A DNA stretch of 63,625 bases, filler included, from Octopus bimaculoides (GCF_001194135.2; 7 parts of 5 records of this genome joined end to end with filler, not necessarily neighbours in it), one strand, 5' to 3'; counted from the whole stretch's first letter, positions 38,171 through 52,426 are shown. Program-made: numbers and translations. The notes: generated by a model from the sequence alone, not told the origin.

Positions 38171-39492
38171 TGTGTATGCCATGCCTGCACACACACACAC
38201 ACACAAATTAATTGCTTTATTCATCTATTGACTTCTCTGCCTATATACCTACATATTTATCAATCTCTGTCCATTTACCTTTCTTTATCTAGTTATCTAC
38301 CAATCTAGAAGTGCATTTATCTCTCATTTTCTTTTCTGTCTCTGTCCTCATCTTTTGATCTGTCCTCTCTGCTTCTCTTATTTTCTTTTTACTTCATATC
38401 TCTCTCTCTTTCTCTCACATACACACACAAACTATGGCATATTATATAACTAAAGAAAAAAAAACAAGAAAAAAAAAGAAAAATGAGCAAGATAGCCACA
38501 GCTAGGATACTTTTGATCATAGAAAGTATTGGATCAAAAATTAAAACACCTCCACAACCATCAGAACGACCATCTCCACCATTACCACCGCAGCAATAAC
38601 AGCAACGACAGTTTCATGCAGTATGCATTATTAATTCGTATTTCATGGTCATACAAAAGCAGTTGCTCCATTCATGTGTGTGAGTATTATGCAAGCGCGT
38701 AAATCAGAAAAAATGAAGTGAATTTAAATATTGGTTTCAAATTTTGGCACAAGGCCAGTAACTTGGGGGTTGGGCATTAAGTTAATTACATTGCCCCTAG
38801 TGCTCAACTGGTATTTATTTTATGGACCCCTAGAAGAATAAAAGGCAAAGCCAACCTCAGCAGAATTTGAACTCATAACATAGCAATGGATGGAATACCA
38901 CTAAGCAGTATACTCAGCATGCGACTGATTCTGTTTGCTTGCCACCCAAAAGTAAATTTAAATATTAGAAAGCTTCTCAGTGCTAAAGATGTACAGAAAA
39001 AAAGTGAGTTGTAATCTCCTGATGGACCATTTCACAGCTTGTTGACTATTCATCAGAGAACACAAACTAGCTGAAAGAAACCAGGTGCATCTTCTCTGAA
39101 GAGCAGTCAAGAAACTGTGAAATGGTCTATTAGGAAACTACCTCCATCAATAGTAGCATGGAAAAAATTGTGCTTACATTCATATTTCACCCACAGTGAG
39201 ACTTTGTGAAGTTTAAATTTATTTCAGTTCTGTGTCATGTACAAAACAGATATTGTTTAATCAATAATAAGCTGTCAAAAGGACAAATATTCACCAAGGT
39301 GCTAACCTAACTTATGAATGCTTTTTATTGTGGCTGAGCTGTGCTATTGATTGCAGAAGGAAACTGCATGTCGTGTCTGAGAAGCAGTTAGCAAACTGTA
39401 TAATGGCTGTACACAGGTAGATCTAAAAGATTCCCTCCTCTCCAGGTACTGAAAACAGGTAAATGAATCTCTCTCTCTCTCTCCCTCTATGT

Positions 39493-39558
<66 letters not shown>

Positions 39559-40070
39559 NNNNNNNNNNNNNNNNNNNNNNNNNNNNNNNNNNNNNNNNNN
39601 NNNNNNNNNNNNNNNNNNNNNNNNNNNNNNNNNNNNNNNNNNNNNNNNNNNNNNNNNNNNNNNNNNNNNNNNNNNNNNNNNNNNNNNNNNNNNNNNNNNN
39701 NNNNNNNNNNNNNNNNNNNNNNNNNNNNNNNNNNNNNNNNNNNNNNNNNNNNNNNNNNNNNNNNNNNNNNNNNNNNNNNNNNNNNNNNNNNNNNNNNNNN
39801 NNNNNNNNNNNNNNNNNNNNNNNNNNNNNNNNNNNNNNNNNNNNNNNNNNNNNNNNNNNNTATATATATAATACATACATACAACAGGCTTCTTTCGATT
39901 TCCATCTATCAAATCCATTCACAAAGCTTTGGTTGGCTCGAGGCTATAGTAAAAGACACTTGCCCAAGATGCCACACAATGGGACTGAACCTGGAACCTT
40001 GTGGTTGGGAAGCAAGTTTCTGACCACACACCCATGCCTGCACTGATATATACATATATATATATATATA

Positions 40071-40660
40071 CAGTACCTTCAGCCACTTTAAACTATTGTG
40101 AATTTCTACTAATTGCCAACTTGTAAGTGAATGTTTTACATTGCGTTTTTTACAGAGGAAACATTGGCCCTGTTGCAGTCATTTCCATAGATAATCATCA
40201 TATTTTATAGTAAGGTCGCTAAGCTTTCTAATAGGTGAGAATTTGTCAGAAGGCCTTCAGGAAAGCAAAATGACCCACATTACACTATGAAAACTGTGAA
40301 GTTTGGGGGTAAGAGTCTAATGGTTTGGGGATACACAAAAATTGATGGTTCAAGAAAGTTGGTTACAATTGACGGTAACTTGAATAGTGCCAAATACAAC
40401 TAGTTGCTGAAGGGCAGTTTGATGCCAAACTTGGATAAAGGTGAGACTTTTCAGAATGATGGCGCTCCATGCCACAGATCACATGCAACACAACAGAGTC
40501 TGGATGATGAAGGTGTTACTGTATTGAAAGATTGGCTAGCACAGAGCACTGACTTAAATATCATCGAGCAAATATGGACAGAACTAAAGAGAAGCTTTCA
40601 TCAGAATAATCCACACATGAATACTAAGCAGCACACTATGTTATTTCCAAATTTCTGGTA
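40071..40660 (+). mobile_element. Tc1-like transposase fragment with DD35E spacing
   Basis: Starts TA|CAGT; VKFGGKSLMVWG...FQNDGAPCHRSH...DWLAQSTDLNIIEQIW; 35 residues between D and E. Confidence 0.75.
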
Positions 40661-41391
40661 GAATGAATTGTGCCATGGTGCTGTTTTTCATACAGACGGT
40701 GCCCAACTGACCCTACCATACTATGTAGTCAACAAAATCAAAAGTGAACAATGCACATGCACGAAATTAAAAATATAAAATGCCGACAATTTACCCATTG
40801 CACCCTATGTGTGTATATATATATATATATNNNNNNNNNNNNNNNNNNNNNNNNNNNNNNNNNNNNNNNNNNNNTTAATTAATTAANNNNNNNNNNNNNN
40901 NNNNNNNNNNNNNNNNNNNNNNNNNNNNNNCTCTCTCTCTCTCTTTCTCCCCCTCTCTCTCTCTCTCTCTTTCTCCCCCTCTCTCTCTCTCTCTCTTTCT
41001 CCCCCTCTCTCTCGCCGTGACCATTCTACGCTGATTATTTTATTCAGATATAATCCTAATGTTGTGTTTGAGTGGCTGTTTTGCCACCAATCCTGGCACA
41101 TCTACAGCCATTCATCATACATTTCTGACAAGAACAATAGTATAGGTCAGAGACCAAATACACCTGGGGCCCCACCATTGTCCGCCGACTGTAATTTGGC
41201 TAATCATGGTTTTGGTGCTAATTCTCTGAAGACTCACAGAAGCAATGTCCAATTAGATATTCAAACTAATATCTCTCATTCTCTTCTTTTCTTCCAAATT
41301 TCGGTTTTTCTCCATTTAAATATTTCTGCTTCTGTTGAACAATCGTTATTCTATTAATGCCTAGTAATTTACACAAGCACGCGCGCGCGCA

Positions 41392-41432
<41 letters not shown>

Positions 41433-41805
41433 ACACATAAACACACACTCATGAACACGCACACACATACACACACCCATATATATGATAGATAGATAGA
41501 TACATACATACATACATACATCTTTGTCTCTGTGTGTGATTGTGCGTTCGTGTGTGTGCGTATGTGTGCAGCATTTACCTCTATCATCCCTTTCTCTACA
41601 GAACTATCTATAGACATACATTCGTACAGTAACATCTCTCAATTTGTCTGAGTTTAAAGATTTCAATGTAAATTGAAACTACTATTTTTAATTGAAATTT
41701 CTTTTAAGGATTTATCTAGGATTGAACTCATCATAAACGTTCTTAAAAAAAAAGTATTTATGTAGAAGTGATTTCAAAATACAATATGTATGTAAAGGAT
41801 CCTGT

Positions 41806-42095
41806 GGAGTCACATGGCTCAGTGGTTAGAGCGTCGGGCTCACAATCATGAAGAAGTGATTTCGATTCTCAGACCAGGCTGTGCGTTGTGTTCTTGATCA
41901 AAACATTTTATATCACGTCGTTCCAGTTCATTCAGCTGTAAAAATTGAGACGTCACTGGTGCCAATCTGTATCCGCCCTTGCTTTTCCTTTTGGATAACA
42001 TCAGTGGCGTGGAAAGGAGAGGCTGGCATGCATGAGTGACTGCTGGTCTTCCATAAACAACCTTGCTCAGACTTGTCCCTCGGAGGGTAACCTAT
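41806..42095 (+). mobile_element. tRNA-derived SINE (family C)
   Basis: tggctcagtggttagagc A box and ttcgattct B-box-like motif, non-tRNA body. Confidence 0.6.
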
Positions 42096-42110
42096 GTAAC
42101 AGAATACTAA

Positions 42111-42315
42111 GGCAGTGAGCTGGCAGAACAATTAGAACGCTGGGCACAATGCTTAACGCCATTTCGTCCGGCTTTACGTTCTGAGCTCAAATTCCACCGA
42201 CGTCGAATTTGTCTTTCATCCTTATTAGGATCGATAAAACAAGCACCAGTTGAACATTGGGTTCGGTGTAATCAACCTATCCCCTCCCCCGAAATTGTTG
42301 CCCTTGTGCCCAGAA
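42111..42315 (+). mobile_element. SINE family B
   Basis: ggcagtgagctggcagaa...ctgagctcaaattcc...; related copies at about 38740-38950(-), 43610-43800(-), 43852-44058(+) and 48720-48890(+). Confidence 0.7.
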
Positions 42316-43270
42316 TTTTATGTCAATATGTAGGAGAATACTTTTTGTGTCTGTGTTCACGCTTTATCTTATAAACAAAAATGGACGAAGAGAAACTACT
42401 CAGAGTGGCCAATGGTATGTATTTGAACAACACAGACAAATACAGGTACATCAAATAGCATACAGCATAAATTCTTCTTGATTTATCGAAATTATAATCA
42501 TCTCTAGATAATATGACAAAATTACCAAGTACCAAGTAATATGAGCTCAATGTCTAAAGGGAGAAATTTTCAGGATTCAAGAATGGTATATCAAATGTTG
42601 ATATACCATTCAGTTCTGGCACTATACATTGCTAGCGGGGTGAGGAGTTGCTGCTATCTCTAGCGACCGAGAGTCCATCATTGATAAGACCAAACAAAGT
42701 CAAGATCACGTGATTTGGTGGTCTCAGCGCTGGTTAAGGTGGGGATTTATCTCCCCTCATGCGATGTAAGCAAGAGTTCATTTTGCACCAAAAGCCAATA
42801 CGAGACTGTGTCATGATATCTACTACAGTGTAGTTGGTTCTAACTGAACATCTCCGCTTAAGTGAGGATAAATGAGGTTCTGGTAGGCATAAAGAGATGG
42901 TATTTCTAATGCAGCGTTCAACCTGAGTTCTGGGCTATCGACATTGTCGGATTCCAGCCTAATTCGGAAATCCTTCAGGTGCAGAAAATCTTGGTTCCAC
43001 GACGGTAAAACTGGTGTGTGAGTTTCGCGAAGAGTAAAATAAAATAAAAAACAATTGGATTATATATATATATATATATATATNNNNNNNNNNTTGACAG
43101 CGGTCAGGTCATACTGGAGCACTGCCTTTAGTCGAACAAATCGACCCCAGGACTTATTCTTTGTAAACCTAGTACTTATGCTATCGGTGTCTTTTGCAAA
43201 ACCGTTAAGTCACTGGGACGTAAACACACCAACACCTACTGTCAAGCGATGGTGGAGGGACAAACAGACA

Positions 43271-43310
<40 letters not shown>

Positions 43311-45472
43311 TACACACACACATATATGCGACTGGCTTGTTTCAGTATGTATATATGTATTATTTTGTAGTGTTATGAGAACAATATTGCTATACTGGTA
43401 TTTTAATACGCTATTAATAATCCTTTCTGATATAAGCACAAGACCTGAGATTTGGCGGGAGGGGCTAGTCAATTTGATCGGCCCCAGTGCTCAACTGGCA
43501 CTTATTTTATGGACCCCGAAAGAAAGAAAATGAAAAGCAAAGTCGATCTCAGCGAATTTTAATTCAGTACTATATTAGTAATAACCTTTTCTACTAAAGG
43601 CACGAGGCCTGAAATTTTGTGGGAGAGGACTAGTCGATTACATCGACCCCAGTGTTTCACTGGTGCCTAATTTATCGACCCGGAATTGATGAAATGCAAA
43701 GTCAACCTCGGTAGAAATTGAACTCAGAACGTGAAGACGGACGAAATACCGTTAAGCATTTTGCCTGGCGTGCTAACGATTCTACCAGCTTGCTTCCTTG
43801 GTATAAGTAATAATATAATTATTCTTATTGTATTATATTAATCCTTAAGACGGCGGCCAGGCAGAATCGTTAGCACGCTGGGCAAAATGCTTAGCGGGAT
43901 TTCATCTGTCTTTAATTCTGAGTTTAAATTACACCGAGGTCGACTTTGCCTTTCATCCTTTCGGGGTCGATAAATTAAATACCAGTTGCTTTCTGGGGTC
44001 AATCTAATCGACTGGCCCACTTCTCACCAAATGTCAGGCCTTGTGCCTATAGTAGAAAGGATTATATTATAATATTCTTCGTAAATCGCTACCGTCATGT
44101 TTTTTCGGAGTTCGATTTTGTGGTGTTAATATAATAGCATTTATTCAATATTGTCTGTCTCTACTACAGTTCGCGATGCTCAAGTATTGTGTAAAATATA
44201 GTATTTTTCCTCGTCGTAGAAATGAACATTCATAGAAGGAAGCGTGTAAAGGAAACAAGAATCTACGAAACAAATTTTAATGTGATGAATTACAAATTTA
44301 CAATCTTCACATCTGTAATCTCGAAGTTCTCCAGTAAACAGAACGTAAACAACCAAACTGACATTTCTAAGTAGTAAAGTGTAAAGCAGAAGTCATTAAA
44401 TGAATGTGGGAGCAATGTAAGGGTGACAAGCTACTGAAGATCACTTCAAATTATAAATTGTCATACAAGTAATAACTGCTAATTGTTAACAATAGAGTTC
44501 AACATAGATCTACACAACTAAACACAATGTCAATGCCCATCAGAAACACTTCCTCATTGATGTGCATATATTTAGATGTTTATTGCTTAGTCGATTAAGT
44601 AGACGAGAAGCAAGTGAAAAGTGGTTCAATTATGTCCAAACACTGACCTCTCTGTCCGTTTGTCTCTATTAATAATGTTTGCTTCACACTGATCAGGAAA
44701 TTAATACTTATCAGGCGCTGCTAATTTCTCCAAACATCTACTAACAATGACTAATGTTTTTCTTGACTGCTCTACCGTTACTAATTTATAGTTTATGTAC
44801 TCTCTTTCATCTTACCGACTTGTGGATTAAGAATGGTAATTAACCAACCACTATCCACATGAAAGTTCAAAGAATTTAAATTGTTTTCCAACAACTCCAA
44901 AACATTATATAGTATTTTAATTCTTCCTGTTTAATTACGTGTTTGGAATTAGGATAAGAGATCAATAATAAGGCCAGTCATATATTTTCATTCTTGTATG
45001 TTGATGATGCAAATTAATAGACTGGGAAGGGACAAGAGCTAGAGCTGGTTCTTCTTTAAGGTGACTATTTTGACAATAATAAAAGGAATCTGTGACGCAG
45101 AAACTATTTTAACAGTTAAAATCTATTGTCCAAAGAATAATTCATACATGCGAGGACAACCATGGCTATTGCCTGTATATTTATATATATATATATATAT
45201 ATATANNNNNNNNNNNNNNNNNNNNNNNNNNNNNNNNNNNNNNNNNNNNNNNNNNNNNNNNNNNNNNNNNNNNNNNNNNNNNNNNNNNNNNNNNNNNNNN
45301 NNNNNNNNNNNNNNNNNNNNNNNNNNNNNNNNNNNNNNNNNNNNNNNNNNNNNNNNNNNNNNNNNNNNNNNNNNNNNNNNNNNNNNNNNNNNNNNNNNNN
45401 NNNNNNNNNNNNNNNNNNNNNNNNNNNNNNNNNNNNNNNNNNNNCGTGTGTGTGTGTGTATATGTATATACA

Positions 45473-45563
<91 letters not shown>

Positions 45564-45665
45564 TGTATATATTTGCATACATGCGTATATGCATGCATAC
45601 GTACAAACATACATGCATCAATGCACACATGGGTTTATGTGCGTGCGAGTTTGTGTCTGTTTGTG

Positions 45666-45703
<38 letters not shown>

Positions 45704-46387
45704 TGTGTCCGTGTGTGTGCGCGTGTGTCCGTGTGTATGTGTATGTATGGGTGTGCGTACGTGTGTGTGTTTTGTTATACACACTGGAGAAACATGCATA
45801 GACACGAAAAACTGCAAGTATTAGCAGAAAGAATCATCAGTTGTATAAGTATGTATGTATAGATATGAATGCCTGTATATGTATATGTATATATGTATAC
45901 TTAGCTATATATNNNNNNNNNNNNNNNNNNNNNNNNNNNNNNNNNNNNNNNNNNNNNNNNNNNNNNNNNNNNNNNNNNNNNNNNNNNNNNNNNNNNNNNN
46001 NNNNNNNNNNNNNNNNNNNNNNNNNNNNNNNNNNNNNNNNNNNNNNNNNNNNNNNNNNNNNNNNNNNNNNNNNNNNNNNNNNNNNNNNNNTATATATACA
46101 TGTATACACACATATATGTACATACTTACATCTACATGTGTATATACATGCATATCAGGGTACAGGACGTTAGAACAATAAACTACAGACAACGGAACGA
46201 ACACATAGGAAAACGGAAAGCCACTTGGAATATCCCTTCATCAGCTGTCTCTATTCTATCTAGACGTTTCGAAGACAAGACAGAACGTACTCTAGAATAG
46301 TCTCTTCCTGAGTAGTGGATCAACCCACTACACAGAGGATTCCAAGGTGGCAAACACAAACCAAGACAGGAAAAAATGGACAGTGAA

Positions 46388-46399
<12 letters not shown>

Positions 46400-46425
<26 letters not shown>

Positions 46426-47830
46426 ATAGCTGAGTCAAATGCAGATGCAAAAGATCTGTTTCAGAATGACTGACTACCTCGCAATCGTTAGCGTATAAGA
46501 GTTCCCTAATGAGTGAAGTAAAAACCTCTGTTTTGAATTTCAGTCTGGTCAGATTAAAAACATTCCCTGTTGTTTGATATTTTGTGTAAATAACCTCCTC
46601 GGAGTTTTGAAAAGCGTGTGACAGCACAACAGCAAAGTATATTGCAAAGAGTGTGGATGCATTAAGGTCTCCTTGCTTTACTCCATTTTCCACAGTAAAG
46701 GATACAGAAAGCCTACCACTAAAATTAAGTTTAGCCTTTATATATTGATGCAAAGACCTGATCATGTTTACAAGTTTTTTTCTGGGTAACCTATTTTCCC
46801 TGAAATTAGCCACAGAGCATTTCGATTAACAATATTGAATGCCTTGCTTAAATCAACAAAGAAATGGTATAGTGCAGGATTCTAATCAATGCACTTTTCC
46901 TGAAATTGTCTGATAGTAAATGTACAATCAACTGTGCCCCTGGAGGAGCGAACACCACATTGAGACTCAGACACTATATTTGGAACTATGAAGGTATTTA
47001 AACGTTCTAACAGAATGCGGACAATTACCTTTCCAACTACAAACAAGATCTCACGAAATCCCTCGAAAATTACCACACAGATCCTTTGGCCCCGATCTGT
47101 ACAAGGAGACTAAAATTGCATCAATCTAGTTTTGAGGCACTTCCTCAGTTCTCCAAACGTGAAAATTAATACATTTAAGAGTTCAAACATTTTGTCACCC
47201 CCATATTTCAAGACCCCTGCAAAGATTCCATCAGACCCTGGAGACTTATTGTTATTCAATTTATTCACAGTTAAATGTGATTTAGAGTTGGTTCAAATGC
47301 TATCTTCTCTGTAACTGAAAGGTGTTCGATTTTTTTCTATCATCCACATGTCAAAAGTGTAGAAAAATGTTCTACCCAGCGCTGATGAATAGAAACGGTG
47401 ACAGTCAAAATCAAATGTCAATTTGCTGTTCTCAAAGGAGCTATTTAAGATTTTGGGCCATATACCTCCTTAACATAAGAGTACAAACCCTTGGCAACAT
47501 TTCTATCAGCTGCTTCTTGCGCCCCTCTTGCTCTGCCATTCCACCATTCCTGTTTAATTTTCCTTAGAGCAGTCTGTACTTTCCCTTTCAGTTTTCTGTA
47601 AGCTTCGTTTGAGTTGGGTCAAGGACTGAGAAAGAAGTGCATTGCCTAAATTTTGTTTTCCTAAAAGTAGATCACGTCAGGTCGCTTTTGAGTGCTATTG
47701 GTAACATGTGATTCAGTGCTACATGTCGGGTCGTCGGCGACTAAACTGGCAATCCCACCAGGCTTACTTGGTGAGGAGGGTGATTGTGGACACCCTGCGG
47801 AACGAAAAATAAGGCTCGTCAAAGGGCGGA
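46400..47830 (-). mobile_element. Decayed, internally deleted RTE (BovB-like) LINE
   Basis: GKVIVRILLERL...SESQCGVRSSRGTVDCTFTIRQFQEKC; SFTVENGVKQGD...ELLYANDC (YADD-like); KGLYSYVKEVYGP. Confidence 0.8.
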
Positions 47831-49401
47831 GGAACCAAGAATAGTCAACGGCCATCCAGTAAATATGTGTAAATATCTATATATCGTTTTATATATATTC
47901 TTATATGTATATATATGTATATTTCTACCTTTTTATACACATATATTTTATTTATTTTTAAATCTTATTTTATTTATATTTTTAAATTACATCTTTTAGA
48001 TTTTTTTTTTCTAAATTATATACATTTTTTTATGTATGTATGAGCTGCTCCGCGTCGGATGCCGGAATGATATTTAATCACACTATGGAGAGTTTCGATG
48101 TCGGTTTGGTGCCTGGTACGGGATAGACTACCTATTTTACAAGTAGCAGCTCTTTAACATTGGTTGGTAATCTACCTAGGAAAAGGAAATCTCCAAAAAA
48201 TAAAACCTGTGGCTTTGGAAGTTCCCGGTTTTGTCAATTCTCATGTCACACCGGCGAATGTCTTCTCGGGCCAGTAGGCGAGAGGAGTGAAGTGCAAGCT
48301 ACACCCACTGAAAATATTCATCTCCACAGGTACTTCTTGTACACCAAATCTTAGTAAAATCATTGAATTGGTTGGCAAAAACCTAAAAATGCACTTGGAC
48401 GCCTATATATAGAATGTATATGGTTGGAGTTTTTCCAATGCACCACTGAATCCAAACTCAACTCTCGGTTGTCTACAAGAATTAAAGTCTGGAGGAGAAT
48501 TGATTGGGAAATGCTGTAGAAAATACAAGTATGTTACCGGTAAACCCACTGTGTAGGTCCTGTGGAGAGCAATATATAATCCAAATAAGAAGACAAAGTA
48601 TGAGCTTAATACATCTTTATTACTAGTCACAATCGTTTCAATGTCACTCTTGTTTTTAGTCACATTGGACGTAAATATTTTCATGTGCAAATACGTAATA
48701 CTTACGGTTGGTACTTTCCCCGGGCAAATTGCTTAACGGCATTTCGTCGGTCTTTATGGTCTGAGTTCAAATTCCACCAAAGCTGACTTTGCTTGTCATC
48801 CTTTCGTGATAAATAAATAAGTACCAGTTGTACATTGATTGTACCCACTTTCCAGAACTTGCTGCTCTTGTGCCAAGATTTGAAGTGACACCTCAGCAGA
48901 CTAGTATCAATGGCTGCGCTCTTACGATGTACCACAATGTAAGAGCAGACGAATATTTTTGCTGCATTTATCGTACAAGCAATTCTATCTGAGATCGTGT
49001 GCCGAAATTGAAACAACCAGTTTGTGGAAGAGTGAATTCAACCATCTGAAAACCCATAAAATGAATTAAATTCGCTTTCCATTTATTTCTCGAGGCGTCA
49101 AAATGTTTGTCGCGCAACTTTCACCTGGTATTTGTTACAATAACACTACTGCAATTCAAACATAGTTTGAGGACATGTTTAGAGACAATAGAGCAGAAAC
49201 TGAAGAGTGGCCTTTACATAGTTAAGTACGACTCAAGAAATGGCTCGAGGACTGCTTAAGCGTGTGTAACTTAGGGGCAAAGAGTGGTGAGATTTAAGAA
49301 ATAGCTCAACTCCAAATATTTATCAAGTGACACCATTTTGATTCTGTTACATCTTCTGTAATATTGTTAACTCTTGTCAAACTCTACCGCTCTCCTCCAC
49401 A

Positions 49402-49446
<45 letters not shown>

Positions 49447-50154
49447 NNNNNNNNNNNNNNNNNNNNNNNNNNNNNNNNNNNNNNNNNNNNNNNNNNNNNN
49501 NNNNNNNNNNNNNNNNNNNNNNNNNNNNNNNNNNNNNNNNNNNNNNNNNNNNNNNNNNNNNNNNNNNNNNNNNNNNNNNNNNNNNNNNNNNNNNNNNNNN
49601 NNNNNNNNNNNNNNNNNNNNNNNNNNNNNNNNNNNNNNNNNNNNNNNNNNNNNNNNNNNNNNNNNNNNNNNNNNNNNNNNNNNNNNNNNNNNNNNNNNNN
49701 NNNNNNNNNNNNNNNNNNNNNNNNNNNNNNNNNNNNNNNNNNNNNNNNNNNNNNNNNNNNNCTCCCCTCCCTCCCCCTCTCTCTCTCACACACTCTCTCT
49801 CTCTCTTACCTCCCTTCGTTTAATCGAATTTCGTTTCATCACGTCACTCCACCCTTCTCTAATCTCCTTTCCTCCATTGCAATTAAATTTCTTCTTTATC
49901 TCTTCCTCTCTTTTTATGTTCTGTATATCTTTCTCGGTCACCCCACTCTCTATCTATCTATCTATCTATCTATCTATTTCTTTCTCTCCCTCACTGTCTA
50001 CTTTCCATTCCTTTCATGACTTACTATTTCTTGTATTTCTTTATATCTCTTCTTTTCTCTTTCTCTTATTCTCTCTATATCTCTATCCATCAGTCTCTCA
50101 CTCTTTTTCACTCTACTTGTCTTTCTTTATCTCCCTCCTCTTCTCCCCTCTTTC

Positions 50155-50219
<65 letters not shown>

Positions 50220-51788
50220 ATATCCCTTTCAGCTTTAAAATCCCTCATGTCAAGCCAACTGATATCTTTGACTTCGTTCCCGCCAAAACTCTTCCTTCTC
50301 TCTTCCCTCTCCTTTCCCTCTTCCCCATCACTCACATTCTCCCTACTCCTCTTTCTGTTCCCTTCTCGCTTTCTCATTCTCTCAGCCGTTACCTCTGACG
50401 TAATAGCTTCCATTGCTTCCAGCATGTTTTATAGTTTATCGTCTTGTATTGACGCCTCCTCACCGAAATATCGCTTCTAACTACTCACCTTTGACCTCAT
50501 CATTGTCACCCTGTCTGTCAATCATCGTAACGTTAGCACATCCCACATACGCACATACTCAAGGACGTACACGCCATGAACAAAAAGGCAAATTCACATA
50601 CACGCGATTAGACTCCCAAACCACACACACAGACGCACAGAGCAATATATAAATACTCAGAAAAAACACGTACACACGCAGGAAAACGCAAAGAAATACT
50701 AGCACACATAGACATAATTGCAGAGATACAGACGCGTGTGAGAGAACACATATAAAGACATGCAAACAAATGTAAACGCGCGTGCTGAAACACACACACA
50801 CACACACACACACACACCCACACACACANNNNNNNNNNTACTAGCACACATAGACATAATTGCAGAGATACAGACGCGTGTGAGAGAACACATATAAAGA
50901 CATGCAAACAAATGTAAACGCGCGTGCTGAAACACACACACACACACACACACACACAAATACACACAAACACGCGCGCGCACACACACACATGCAAGCA
51001 CACAAACACACACAAGCTTGCATGTCATGGACAGTAATAATGAACAGATATGCACACTAACACGCACACAGAAATACGAGCGTGCGTATACACAGACATA
51101 CACGCAAACATACGCACATACAGCCATATACACGTATACAATCAAATATTGGAACAGATGTGACTTACAAATGCACGAAAACATAAATATACATATAGGC
51201 GTAGGAGTGGCTGTGTGGTTAGAAGTTTGTTTCCCCATTACATGATATCGAGTTCAATCCCACTGTGTGGCACATTGGTCAAGTATCTTATACTATAGCT
51301 TCGGCCGGACCGGATCTAGTTATTTTCATGCGCAAAATATGCGTTTTTTAAAGACAGTAACGGCTATAATAATAAAGTTTTCCAGTCTAATTGCTTTGAA
51401 GGTATGATATTGTGGAGATAAAAATAGGAAGAAAAAGTTACAGAGGTTTAAAAACCGAAATAACTGTGTATTTATAGCCAATAGCGAGACAGACATTTTC
51501 TGCGTTTTGCGGGGCGGTGTCAAGTTTAAGGTTGTACCCTGTGAAATTTATAGTCTAGCGTCTATGAAGTGACCTTTTCATTGTGGGTTTCTAAAAGAAT
51601 AGAAATACCTAATAAAATCAACATGTATCATCTTAGTGTTTCTTTTGTGTCTTCATTGAATCTATATTTTTATTATTATTTTTCAATTTGAAATATTAAT
51701 ATATTTGTCAGCGTGTGTTTAATTTATGGGTATTTCAATATAATGATTACCTGTCATGTATTTGTCTACGTCATTAATATATAAGTGC

Positions 51789-51835
<47 letters not shown>

Positions 51836-52140
51836 AAAAGGGGGCGTCTGTCTTCAAAGCTTCAAAGTTGTGTAGCGGTTTCATGCTTGGATTTGTAAAC
51901 TACGATAAGAATAACACTAGTCAACAAAGAATTTGTCCCAAGAAAAAGAATACCTGTAACTTATATGTTTTTGCATGCAAAAAAGTTGAGTCAAATTATC
52001 TGAACTAAGTTCACATATTCCATTCACCTTCATAATGCTAAGAAACTGTGTAAGCATCGCAAACATCTTTTGCTCTATATGAAAAATATGTAAAATATTA
52101 AGACAGTTGGTGAAAAATATCTATAATAAAATTCTAATAT

Positions 52141-52426
52141 AAATTTTTATTAAAACAAAACACGAGGGTGAAGTAAATCTCGTGGTGTGAAGAATCAATA
52201 CAACATGCGGGTAGAACACAACACAATGTGCGGTTGTCACAGTAACGAGCTGTTAATGCCTCGCTGTGTGTTGATTGGGTAATTTTAGCCAATCAACAGA
52301 CAGCGATGCATTAACAGATTGTTACTATGACAACCACACAATGCGTTGTGTTCTACCCGCATGTTGTATTGATTCTTCACACCACGAGAATAACTTCACC
52401 CGCGTGTTTTGTTTTAATAAAAATTT
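52141..52426. repeat. 286-bp foldback palindrome (138-bp arms, about 92% identical, 10-nt loop)
   Basis: 52141-52278 is the reverse complement of 52289-52426, with about 11 mismatches counted by eye. Confidence 0.9.
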
